A stretch of 64,000 nt of DNA, taken from Gammaproteobacteria bacterium (GTDB lineage: Bacteria; Pseudomonadota; Gammaproteobacteria; JAJFKO01). The stretch's first letter is position 1. Each line of letters begins with the position of its first letter. The translations under genes and the position numbers were made by a program. Under the pieces are notes generated by a model. That model made no database searches. It saw only the letters and a list, made by a program, of their open reading frames with translations, and was not told the origin of the DNA. Shown piece after piece: positions 10,078 through 18,972 of this stretch. The stretch lies in the NCBI GenBank assembly GCA_028284465.1, contig JANQRR010000023.1:1894-65893 (forward strand), written 5' to 3'.

Positions 10078-10085
10078 CATAAATA
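10078..10085 (+). promoter_or_regulatory. T4-type late promoter
   Basis: CATAAATA 32 nt upstream of the ATG at 10118. Confidence 0.6.
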
Positions 10086-10117
10086 CTCTTAGTGCAACGC
10101 TAGAATAAGAGTTAACC

Positions 10118-10603
10118 ATGCTAACATTTTTAGGCATTCTAAGCGCGGCTATGCCGACGCTTCTGGGCATTGCGGGTTCTGCCATTCCACAACTAGTGAA
10201 GTGGCTCGAAAACGGACAAAGGTACAGACATGAGCTTGAGATTACCAAACTCAGGATGGAAGCAGCGGCTCAAGGATTGGATCAGCAGATTTTTCTTGAG
10301 TCTATTAAAGCCGCTGGCGAAGAGGCAAAAGCTTTACGCGAACATGATACTGCTATTCCTAGTCATAGGTACATTGACTACTTGCGTGCAAGTGTTCGGC
10401 CAGTAATTACGTACACGTTCTTTTTCGCATTTGTTGGTTTCAAAGCAGTACAAGCTTTTATCATGTTCGCTAATGGTGATCCTATGACGATCATCACAGA
10501 AACAGTTTGGGATACGTACTCACACGCCATCTTTGGTGCAGTGATCGGTTTCTGGTTTGGATCACGTGCATTCATGCATACGAACAGACAGGTACGAGTA
10601 TGA
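10118..10603 (+). CDS. Holin-like membrane protein
   Basis: LRASVRPVITY and IFGAVIGFWFGSR motifs; N-terminal hydrophobic segment followed by a coiled coil. Confidence 0.65.
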   Translation: MLTFLGILSAAMPTLLGIAGSAIPQLVKWLENGQRYRHELEITKLRMEAAAQGLDQQIFLESIKAAGEEAKALREHDTAIPSHRYIDYLRASVRPVITYTFFFAFVGFKAVQAFIMFANGDPMTIITETVWDTYSHAIFGAVIGFWFGSRAFMHTNRQVRV

Positions 10604-10934
10604 TCGAAACCTTCATTCTCATAATCATCATGATCTTGGTCTTTATGGCTTGGAGATCTGGTTTGTTTAAGAGTGATACGAAAATAGAAAAAGAACTTGA
10701 AGATATAGAACGAGAAGACGAGAAGCCACAAAGGCCGAAATACACAACACGTTTAGACGGAAGTCAACACGATTAGAAAGGATTAAAATGCTAACACATG
10801 CTATCGTTTTTTGCGCAGGACTCTATTGTGCTTGGTACGTTTGGCCATCCCCACCGCTTTGGGCTACTCGGCTAAAGAACCAAGTCATGCAATGGGTTAA
10901 TAGTAAATAATCATAAACAAGGGAGACGTTGTTT

Positions 10935-11918
10935 ATGGCTACGCCCACAACACGAGCAGAATTTATTGATACGTGTAAACGACACTTGGGACATCCAGTC
11001 GTTAAAATCAACGTAACAGAAGAGCAATTCGATGATCGCGTCGATGAAGCTCTCAAATACTTTTATGATTATCACTTTAATGGCAACGACAAAATTTATT
11101 ACAAGCACGTCGTAACAGCAAACAATTGGTCTGACAAAGTTCATAGCTGTAACGTCGTGACTAGTGGTACCGGCTACGCAAACTCAGACACAGTGGTATT
11201 CACCAATCAAGGTGGTTCTACTGGTTCTGGTGCGACTGCTACTATCACAACTGATGTCAATGGTGCAATTCAAACATGCATCCTAGATACCAATGGTGAA
11301 GGCTATGGTGTTGCGCCTACTGTATCTGTCACGACTGGTGGTGGATCTGGTGCAAGCATCACGTGCGAACTTGGTGGTTGGATACCTATTCCAGAAAACA
11401 TTCTTGGCGTCGTTCGCATCTTTCCAATCGGTTTTTCTCAATCATCCACGCAAAGCATTTTCAACATTCGATACCAGATCGCCTTGAACGATTTGTACAA
11501 CCTGATTTCGTCGAGTGTTGTTCCTTACTTCTCAGCATTCCAACACATCAGATTGCTTGAAGAAGTTTTGGTTGGCCAGATTCCAATTCGATTCAATCGA
11601 CACAAAAATCGTGCATACATCGACATGGATTGGAACATTACAACTGTAGACAATTTCATTGTCATTGAAGGATACGAATACATCGATCCTGACGTGTGGC
11701 CAGATGTATGGAAAGACAGATGGCTGATTGATTATGCCACTGCGTTGTTCAAGCTCCAATGGGGTAACAACATGAAGAAATTCCAAGGCACGATGTTGCC
11801 CGGTGGCGTATCAATGAATGGACAACAAATCTACGATGAAGCGCAACAAGAGTTGTCTGCTATGCGTGATGAAATGATTAATCGATTCTCTCTCCCATCA
11901 ACCATGTTCATAGGTTAA
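10935..11918 (+). CDS. gp13: Neck protein gp13
   Basis: LGHPVVKINV, and WGNNMKKFQGTMLPGGVSMNGQQIY; carries a Gly/Thr-rich insertion. Confidence 0.93.
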   Translation: MATPTTRAEFIDTCKRHLGHPVVKINVTEEQFDDRVDEALKYFYDYHFNGNDKIYYKHVVTANNWSDKVHSCNVVTSGTGYANSDTVVFTNQGGSTGSGATATITTDVNGAIQTCILDTNGEGYGVAPTVSVTTGGGSGASITCELGGWIPIPENILGVVRIFPIGFSQSSTQSIFNIRYQIALNDLYNLISSSVVPYFSAFQHIRLLEEVLVGQIPIRFNRHKNRAYIDMDWNITTVDNFIVIEGYEYIDPDVWPDVWKDRWLIDYATALFKLQWGNNMKKFQGTMLPGGVSMNGQQIYDEAQQELSAMRDEMINRFSLPSTMFIG

Positions 11919-11921
11919 GTA

Positions 11922-12308
11922 ATGCTAGCAAAGAGAGTACCAAATTTTGGTACATGGGGCAGAGACGAAATAAAACGCAATAGAAAGTTTGGTACAGCCA
12001 AAGTTTTCATTGAAGGAGCACGACGCATCGGCAGAGCAAGCATTGGTCGTCGCAAAGAACGTCGTCGTTTTGAGATCTGGCTTTATCAAAGAAACAAGCT
12101 TTACTGCCTCTATGTTTTTGAGCCAGCCAAAAAGCAAGTGCAAAACATCGTTGTGTTTAGACGCCAGAATGGAAGAAAATTAAAAATTATTTCAACTACA
12201 AGTTCACGTGAAGGCGTTTATGCATTGATGTTGCGCGCCGTCGAAAAGTTTAATTTCTCAGTTAAAAAAGAAACACGACGTGCACAAAAGAAAGCTAAGG
12301 GCGGTTAA
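11922..12308 (+). CDS. Basic hypothetical protein
   Basis: Fills the gp13-gp14 gap with TAATG coupling to gp14. Confidence 0.55.
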   Translation: MLAKRVPNFGTWGRDEIKRNRKFGTAKVFIEGARRIGRASIGRRKERRRFEIWLYQRNKLYCLYVFEPAKKQVQNIVVFRRQNGRKLKIISTTSSREGVYALMLRAVEKFNFSVKKETRRAQKKAKGG

Positions 12309-13084
12309 TGGTAAGAGCAACAACAAATCCACATTTCCAGCTTTATGAGCACGAAGAAACGCAACGTCTTTATGATGATTTGGTAGCGGAAACTGTCGAG
12401 GTTCATGGCTGGGATTGTTATTACATACCACGACGCTTAATCGACTTTGACGACATCTACTTTGAAGATGCGCAAAGCAAGTTTGATGCTGCTTATCAGA
12501 TTCCTCTGTACTTTAAGTCTTGGCAAGGCTTTGAAGGCAACGAAGCACTGATGACACAATTTGGTATTGAAGTGCAAGTGCAGCTTGTCATGACGATGGC
12601 ACGCATTCATTGGGAACACAACGTTGAACAAGTTGAATCCGCCAATGACATTTATCGTCCAAGAGAAGGCGATTTAATTTATATACCAAAACTAGATTAC
12701 AGAACTTACGAAATTAAGTTTGTTGATGAGCATCCATGGTTCTATCAACATGGCTATGAAAACCAGTTTGATTTGACTATCGAACTATTCCGTTATTCTG
12801 GTGAGATCCTAGAAACTGGCATTCCAGAAGTAGATTGCTTGCAAAAATCCAGTTCGTACAATGCCTATGATTGGGCAATTCTCGATGAGACTGGTGATGC
12901 TCTGTTGACTGAGGATAGCAATATTCTCACCATTGAAGATTTCCGCACTGGTCAAGAAGATCATGGCATCATCGATAGTAACGATGAATTCCTAGATGGT
13001 GCTGGTGATCCAGATGCAGCCAATACAGAAACAAACATCATCGACTGGACAGAAGACAACCCGTACGGCGAACAGGAGTGGTAA
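12308..13084 (+). CDS. gp14: Neck protein gp14
   Basis: YYIPR, RPREGDLIY, PWFYQ, ELFRYSGE and NPYGE; synteny. Confidence 0.93.
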   Translation: MVRATTNPHFQLYEHEETQRLYDDLVAETVEVHGWDCYYIPRRLIDFDDIYFEDAQSKFDAAYQIPLYFKSWQGFEGNEALMTQFGIEVQVQLVMTMARIHWEHNVEQVESANDIYRPREGDLIYIPKLDYRTYEIKFVDEHPWFYQHGYENQFDLTIELFRYSGEILETGIPEVDCLQKSSSYNAYDWAILDETGDALLTEDSNILTIEDFRTGQEDHGIIDSNDEFLDGAGDPDAANTETNIIDWTEDNPYGEQEW

Positions 13085-13942
13085 ATGAGTTTATACGGAC
13101 ATGCCCCATATGGGTTTGATCATCTAAGAAATTACGTCGTTTATTTTGGTCGCGTATTCTCTGAAATGCGCATCGAACGTATCGATCCTACTAGTGGTGA
13201 TCAGACATCTCTGGTTCGCGTGCCTTTGTCTTATTCAGGCAGAGATCGCAACTTGTTGCGCATGTCTATCAAACCAGGAACACCAGAAGCAGAAGCCTGT
13301 CCGCCTGGATTTCTTGTATTGCCTCACATGGGTTTCGAGCTGACTTCTGTTGTGTTTGATCCTGATCGCAACAAGCCAATCATGAGCAAGATTGTGCGCA
13401 AAGATGAAGACGATTTAGACAAGCTCAAACGCACATTCACACTTGCACCATACAACCTTGGATTTCGCCTTTACGTCATGTCTAAGAACATCACAGAAGG
13501 CAATCAGATCCTAGAACAGATCTTACCATTCTTTAAGCCAGAATTCACGTCCACATTGAATCTGGTACCAGCAATGAACATTGACGTTGATGTACCAATC
13601 ATTCTTAATTCTATTGACTACGAAGACATCTATCAAGGTGAGCTAACAGAAGGCAGACGTACAGTCATGTGGACTCTGGACTTCACTATGAAAGCATACT
13701 TTGTTGGTCCAGTTTTGAGCAAGCCAATCATCAAATTGGCCAACACGCAATTCTATGTTGGTAACACCAGCACCACAAACACGGTTGTTATGAAGTACAC
13801 CGTTACGCCTGGATTGCTAGCAAACGGAAGCCCAACAAGCAATGCCGACGCAACAATACCATCTGCCAATATCGCAGTAGATGACACGTTTGGATACATC
13901 GTTGTGTGGGAAGATGAAACCGATGCAAATACGAGTAGCTAA
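13085..13942 (+). CDS. gp15: Tail sheath stabiliser/terminator gp15
   Basis: VPLSY, LPHMGFE, QILEQILPFFKP and WTLDFTMK. Confidence 0.93.
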   Translation: MSLYGHAPYGFDHLRNYVVYFGRVFSEMRIERIDPTSGDQTSLVRVPLSYSGRDRNLLRMSIKPGTPEAEACPPGFLVLPHMGFELTSVVFDPDRNKPIMSKIVRKDEDDLDKLKRTFTLAPYNLGFRLYVMSKNITEGNQILEQILPFFKPEFTSTLNLVPAMNIDVDVPIILNSIDYEDIYQGELTEGRRTVMWTLDFTMKAYFVGPVLSKPIIKLANTQFYVGNTSTTNTVVMKYTVTPGLLANGSPTSNADATIPSANIAVDDTFGYIVVWEDETDANTSS

Positions 13943-14541
13943 TGAAAAGATTTAAACAATTTCTCAAAGAGATGCCGCGTGCATTAGTAACGCACACTGC
14001 TTCTGATATTGAAGATTCAAAATTGGATAGCAATCCTTTTCACAAAAATCCTGGCAAATATGGGCATGATGAATACCATTTTCAGCATCATGGTTACGAG
14101 TTTCATAGTCGAAGATTCAAATCTGATAACGTAAAACCATCAGAGACAAAGCCACATTCATATTTTGCTACGCATGATCACGATGATCACCACACACCAA
14201 CGCACATGATGGTATCTGGTGGTACTACAAAAGACAACCATTTCAAAGTTAGTTTTACTAGCAGACATTCAGATTGTGATATGGGCGCAGATCACATGTA
14301 CAAAGGCATTTTGCATCATGGCGAACATAAAGGCATCGAGTCTGACGAGGATCAAACAGATGGTGGTGCAAGCATCTGGCATCGCTTGGCACACCAACAC
14401 TCAGACGTAAAAGTTACACGACACGATCACACTGGCAAAGAAGTCAAGCTCCACAAGAAAGATGATTGGGATAAAAACTTTGAAGGTGGTGCAGATGATA
14501 AACCAACTGTGTTCAGAGCTAAACTCATAAATAAGAAATAA
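13942..14541 (+). CDS. His-rich putative capsid-internal protein, possibly with a degenerate GNAT fold
   Basis: N-terminal MKRFKQFLKE; SDEDQTDGGASIWHRL. Confidence 0.55.
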   Translation: MKRFKQFLKEMPRALVTHTASDIEDSKLDSNPFHKNPGKYGHDEYHFQHHGYEFHSRRFKSDNVKPSETKPHSYFATHDHDDHHTPTHMMVSGGTTKDNHFKVSFTSRHSDCDMGADHMYKGILHHGEHKGIESDEDQTDGGASIWHRLAHQHSDVKVTRHDHTGKEVKLHKKDDWDKNFEGGADDKPTVFRAKLINKK

Positions 14542-14563
14542 CGAATAACAACCGGAGAAACTG

Positions 14564-16087
14564 ATGAAACGCTTTAAGAAATTTATTGGAGAAAATGAAT
14601 TTGATTTGTTTTCAGAAGAACAGCTTCAGATCCGCCATGGTGGTTGGATTACTGAAGAAGTTGTTGCTATGCTTGAAGGACTATCTGCTCCCGGCGAACG
14701 TTCTGAGCGCGTTTCTAAAGCTGAAGAAGGCAAGTTTAACGACAAACTAAAGCCTATCCTAAAGCACTTCCATGATACGTATGGTCCTGCCGACGAAAAG
14801 CCTGCTTCCACAAGCAAGATGGCAGATGAAATGCATCATCACTTTAAGCATCTTGATCATTTGAAAGCTACTGATCCTAAAGCTTACAAAGCCAAGGTAT
14901 CTGATGCTCACAAAAAATTAAAAATGAAAAATGGATCTGTCCTTGGCCATCCGGTTGCAACAAACGCCAAGACTGATACCGTACACCAGATCCCAGGCAA
15001 AGGTGCACCAAACGGCCACGTACCTGTTTCCATGGCATTCACGCCAGACATTGCGCGCCATTACACAGATCACAAGAATCCAAAGAAGTTTGTCGAGCGC
15101 AACGTGTGTGCTGGCTCATCTCACGGTTGCCGTACAGCCTGCCTAGCCAAAACTGGTAACTATAACTTCACTGGCAACAAAGCACTCATGGACGCGCGTA
15201 CGCAACGTCTATCACACAATGCTAACTCACGCGAGCATCACGCAACTCTGGTGCACAGTGCTATGCACAAGGCGCAAGATGAAGCCAGAAAGCACGGCAA
15301 AGGCATGATTGTTCGTACTGCTATTTCTGACGACGTTGGACCAGAAATTCACGACAAAGCAATTGGGCATTCATTCCCAGAAGCCAAGCGCATGCGTTAC
15401 ACCAAGAAAGTGCCAAACTCAATTCACAGTCATCATGGCCAGCACCAACACACTTGGTCTGATTCTGGTCCAATGGTGAAGCACATCACCAACAAAGATG
15501 GATCTGTACATAAAGAAGTAAATCACGAAAACTTAGCTCGACGTTCACTAGATCCAAAAGTTTCAAGTCATCCACGCTACATGGTTTTCAATCGCCACCG
15601 AGGCAACGAAGGTGCTGGCAAAGATCATAACGTCGATCACTTGAAGCGTGTGCGCAAGTACGAACCACATCCATCAAAACCAGAAGCGCACGAAAAGGAT
15701 GAATACCATCATCCGGACGGACATGGACGCGTAACACATGATGGACACAGCTATCGCTATCAGGATCATTCAGTAGTGCACAATGCTAAAACGCATGATG
15801 GTGGTTCTTTGCGTCCTTATGAGCACGACGCACGAATTCCTGAAGTTGATCGACCAAAAGAGCATTTGAAAGATCGTCATGGTAATGCTGTTGGTCCAGT
15901 TGTTCCTTCTCTATCTGTGAAGAGCACACCAAAGAAAGAACTAGAGCATTCTGGATTCTTTCACCATCACGAAAATATCGATCACGAAGGCGTTTATCAC
16001 GATGGACACCCAAAGGAAATGCAGGCTGCTGGGCACGATCCACACGCAAAGCGCGGACAGCCTACAGTAACAGTAAAAGGCCGATAA
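14564..16087 (+). CDS. His-rich putative capsid-internal protein with Cx6Cx3C motif (GP88-like)
   Basis: N-terminal MKRFKKFIGE; CAGSSHGCRTACLA; CATAAATA late promoter near 14526. Confidence 0.55.
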   Translation: MKRFKKFIGENEFDLFSEEQLQIRHGGWITEEVVAMLEGLSAPGERSERVSKAEEGKFNDKLKPILKHFHDTYGPADEKPASTSKMADEMHHHFKHLDHLKATDPKAYKAKVSDAHKKLKMKNGSVLGHPVATNAKTDTVHQIPGKGAPNGHVPVSMAFTPDIARHYTDHKNPKKFVERNVCAGSSHGCRTACLAKTGNYNFTGNKALMDARTQRLSHNANSREHHATLVHSAMHKAQDEARKHGKGMIVRTAISDDVGPEIHDKAIGHSFPEAKRMRYTKKVPNSIHSHHGQHQHTWSDSGPMVKHITNKDGSVHKEVNHENLARRSLDPKVSSHPRYMVFNRHRGNEGAGKDHNVDHLKRVRKYEPHPSKPEAHEKDEYHHPDGHGRVTHDGHSYRYQDHSVVHNAKTHDGGSLRPYEHDARIPEVDRPKEHLKDRHGNAVGPVVPSLSVKSTPKKELEHSGFFHHHENIDHEGVYHDGHPKEMQAAGHDPHAKRGQPTVTVKGR

Positions 16088-16521
16088 TGGACGAATGGGA
16101 ACGAGGCAGAGCTAACGATCAAGCATTAGCTGAAGCGTTAGATATCACGCCTACAAACAAACAAATTACTATTAAACAAACTGATCTAGAAGATCAGGCA
16201 AAAACTTATGATGATAAGCACGATGAAGTACGTCAAAATCTCAGAAAACTAATTGAAACTGGTGATTACGCATTAACTGATCTTGCTGGTGTTTCTGCAT
16301 CTTCTCAGCACCCACGAGCATACGAAGTACTCAGCCAACTGATGAAAACGATGGTTGAAGCCAATTCAAAACTGCTGGAAATTGAGAAATTGAGTGAAGA
16401 AGTAAAAGAAAAACGAAATAAGAAAGAACCACCAAGCACAGTGCATAATAACTTGATTGTTGGTTCAACCGAAGAAGCACTAGAACTTCTGGCAAAACAA
16501 AAGAAACAAGCCAATGAGTGA
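16087..16521 (+). CDS. gp16: Terminase small subunit gp16
   Basis: HPRAYEVLSQLMK and NNLIVGSTEE. Confidence 0.9.
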   Translation: MDEWERGRANDQALAEALDITPTNKQITIKQTDLEDQAKTYDDKHDEVRQNLRKLIETGDYALTDLAGVSASSQHPRAYEVLSQLMKTMVEANSKLLEIEKLSEEVKEKRNKKEPPSTVHNNLIVGSTEEALELLAKQKKQANE

Positions 16522-17137
16522 TACAACAGATGCAGCATCAGCCTTTGTAGCTGGCCTAATGGGAATTGTTGGTACTGGTGGTGATTCCAAAGGCGTAAGG
16601 CCACCGCCGCCTACAGCCGCGCGTGGTGAAGCTGCCAAGAAAGCACGTAAAGGTGAGAAAGACGCCAAGATAAGCCTCAGAAAGCACAAAGAACGCCTAA
16701 AGGCTGCATGGCATCGTGAACGAGCTAGACGCAAATCAGAACGCGAAGATCCTGATAGTCGTAAAGGACACGAACATCGCATTAAGTCTCGACGTGCCAA
16801 AGAGATAATCACTAGACTGAATAAAAAGGCTGATAAGGATTATTACGACACGCATGGAACAGAACGTCCAAAGGGACACAAAGTAAAAGTTTCTTGGAAG
16901 AAATCAAAGTACGATAACGTTGATGTTTATCATCCTGTAGCAGATCCTAAAGGCAAGCACGTTATTCGCAAAGAAGATTTTGATGTATACAAAGAATGGT
17001 TGAGTGAAAACACACCAGCTGATCGAGAGATTGGTAAACCATCACTAACAGCAATCTATGCATCCATGACACCAGGAGAATCCAATGTCAAAAAAGTATC
17101 ACGATATCTTAGAAACAAAAAAAGCAAAAAAGGCTGA
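16514..17137 (+). CDS. Highly basic hypothetical protein
   Basis: K/R-rich 207-aa ORF coupled to gp16. Confidence 0.6.
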   Translation: MSDTTDAASAFVAGLMGIVGTGGDSKGVRPPPPTAARGEAAKKARKGEKDAKISLRKHKERLKAAWHRERARRKSEREDPDSRKGHEHRIKSRRAKEIITRLNKKADKDYYDTHGTERPKGHKVKVSWKKSKYDNVDVYHPVADPKGKHVIRKEDFDVYKEWLSENTPADREIGKPSLTAIYASMTPGESNVKKVSRYLRNKKSKKG

Positions 17138-17259
17138 ACAACTTAAAGCTGGACCAATAACACCAGCAAAAGAAGAAGATGAAAAGCCGTTGCAACAACC
17201 AAAGAAAAAGAAGGGCATGTTGGAAGCTCTGAAAGACTGGACTGGATAATAAAAATAAT

Positions 17260-18900
17260 ATGAATGAAGATTTTGGTTACAGAGGTTCTAGCAACCTAAA
17301 AAAAGCAGGAATACACTTACCTTGGTCACTTGATCGACTAGAAGAACTAGCAAAGTGTGAAGCAGATCCAATCTACTTTGCAGAAAACTACATGCAAGTT
17401 GTGCATGTTGATCGTGGCCTAGAAAAGATTTGTCTCTATCCTTATCAAAGAGACATCATTGAATCTGTACATAATGAAAACGCTGTTGTTGCTGAATGCG
17501 CCAGACAGTCTGGTAAAACAACTGCTATCACAGCAATCATCCTTCACTACATCCTTTTCAATAAACATAAGAACGTAGCTATCCTGGCTAACAAGGCTGA
17601 AGTGTCAAGAGAAATTCTTGCACGCATTAAGCTTGCGTACGAGCACTTACCACAGTGGATACAGCAAGGCGTTGTCGAGTGGAACAAGGGATCTATCATC
17701 CTTGAAAATGGTTCTCGCATCATGGCAACTGCCACCAGTTCTAACAACATTCGTGGTTTCTCTGTCAACATGCTGTTTATTGACGAAGCTGCATTTATCG
17801 AAAATTGGGATGAATTCTTTACGTCCGTTTATCCTACAATTTCTTCTGGTGAAAGCACCAAGCTCGTTCTCGTTTCCACTGTTAATGGACTGAATCACTT
17901 CCACAAGATCACCAGCCTTGCACGCAAGAAGCTCAATCGTTTCAAGCTCATTTCTGTTACCTGGAAAGACGTACCAGGACGAGATGAGAAGTGGAAAGAT
18001 CGTACTATTGCGGATATGAATTTTGATTACGAGAAGTTTTCTCAAGAATATGAAAATGAATATCTTGGTAGCTCTGGTACACTTATCTCTGGTGCTAGAC
18101 TTAAGATGTTGGTTGATGGTGTTCAAATTCCAGAACACGATGCCATTGGTCTTAAGGTGTACGAGCAATACAAGAAAGGCCACGAATACGTCATGGTGTG
18201 TGACGTTTCGAGAGGCAAAGGGCTGGATTACTCAGCTTTCCAGTTGATTGACATTTCCAGCATGCCTTACAAGCAAGTTGTGGTGTTCAGATCTAACATT
18301 ATCACACCAATAGAATTCACTGAAATTATTCACAGATTTGGCAAGCACTATGGCGAAGCAGCCGTGCTTGTCGAGATTAACGATATCGGTGCACAGGTAT
18401 CAGATCTACTATTTTATGACTATGAATATGAAAATGTTCTGTTTACTGCAAATCAGGGATCTAGAGGTAAAACTGTTACCACATCTCTAAAGAGAACAAC
18501 AGATAAGGGAATTAGAACTACATTACCAGTTAAAAACATTGGCTGTTCTATCCTAAAACTATTGGTTGAAAATGATAAACTAGAGATTATCGATCACGAT
18601 ACAGTACAGGAATTAGCTACATTCTCTCAAAAAGGAAAATCTTACGAAGCCGAAGAAGGACATTTTGACGATTTGACTATGTGTTTGGTTCTGTTTGCAT
18701 GGCTATCAGAACAGCCATATTTCAAAATGCTAACAGATATTAATACTCTTCAACACATTCGTGAGCTTTCTAAACAAGAATTAGAAGATGAGATATTACC
18801 ACTAGGTTTTGTGGATACTGGTGTTCCGGACGAAAAAACACCAGATTTGGAATTGGATCAACATAGAGATGAACATTGGATGGTAGCTGATAATTACTAA
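17260..18900 (+). CDS. gp17: Terminase large subunit gp17
   Basis: Walker A RQSGKT, Walker B LFIDEAAF, nuclease DVSRGKGLDYS and HFDD. Confidence 0.97.
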   Translation: MNEDFGYRGSSNLKKAGIHLPWSLDRLEELAKCEADPIYFAENYMQVVHVDRGLEKICLYPYQRDIIESVHNENAVVAECARQSGKTTAITAIILHYILFNKHKNVAILANKAEVSREILARIKLAYEHLPQWIQQGVVEWNKGSIILENGSRIMATATSSNNIRGFSVNMLFIDEAAFIENWDEFFTSVYPTISSGESTKLVLVSTVNGLNHFHKITSLARKKLNRFKLISVTWKDVPGRDEKWKDRTIADMNFDYEKFSQEYENEYLGSSGTLISGARLKMLVDGVQIPEHDAIGLKVYEQYKKGHEYVMVCDVSRGKGLDYSAFQLIDISSMPYKQVVVFRSNIITPIEFTEIIHRFGKHYGEAAVLVEINDIGAQVSDLLFYDYEYENVLFTANQGSRGKTVTTSLKRTTDKGIRTTLPVKNIGCSILKLLVENDKLEIIDHDTVQELATFSQKGKSYEAEEGHFDDLTMCLVLFAWLSEQPYFKMLTDINTLQHIRELSKQELEDEILPLGFVDTGVPDEKTPDLELDQHRDEHWMVADNY

Positions 18901-18972
18901 ATTCACGATTTTGATAAATACTCCCATGCACTGAATTATAAAAACATCCTAAACTAAAGGGAGAAAAGCATA

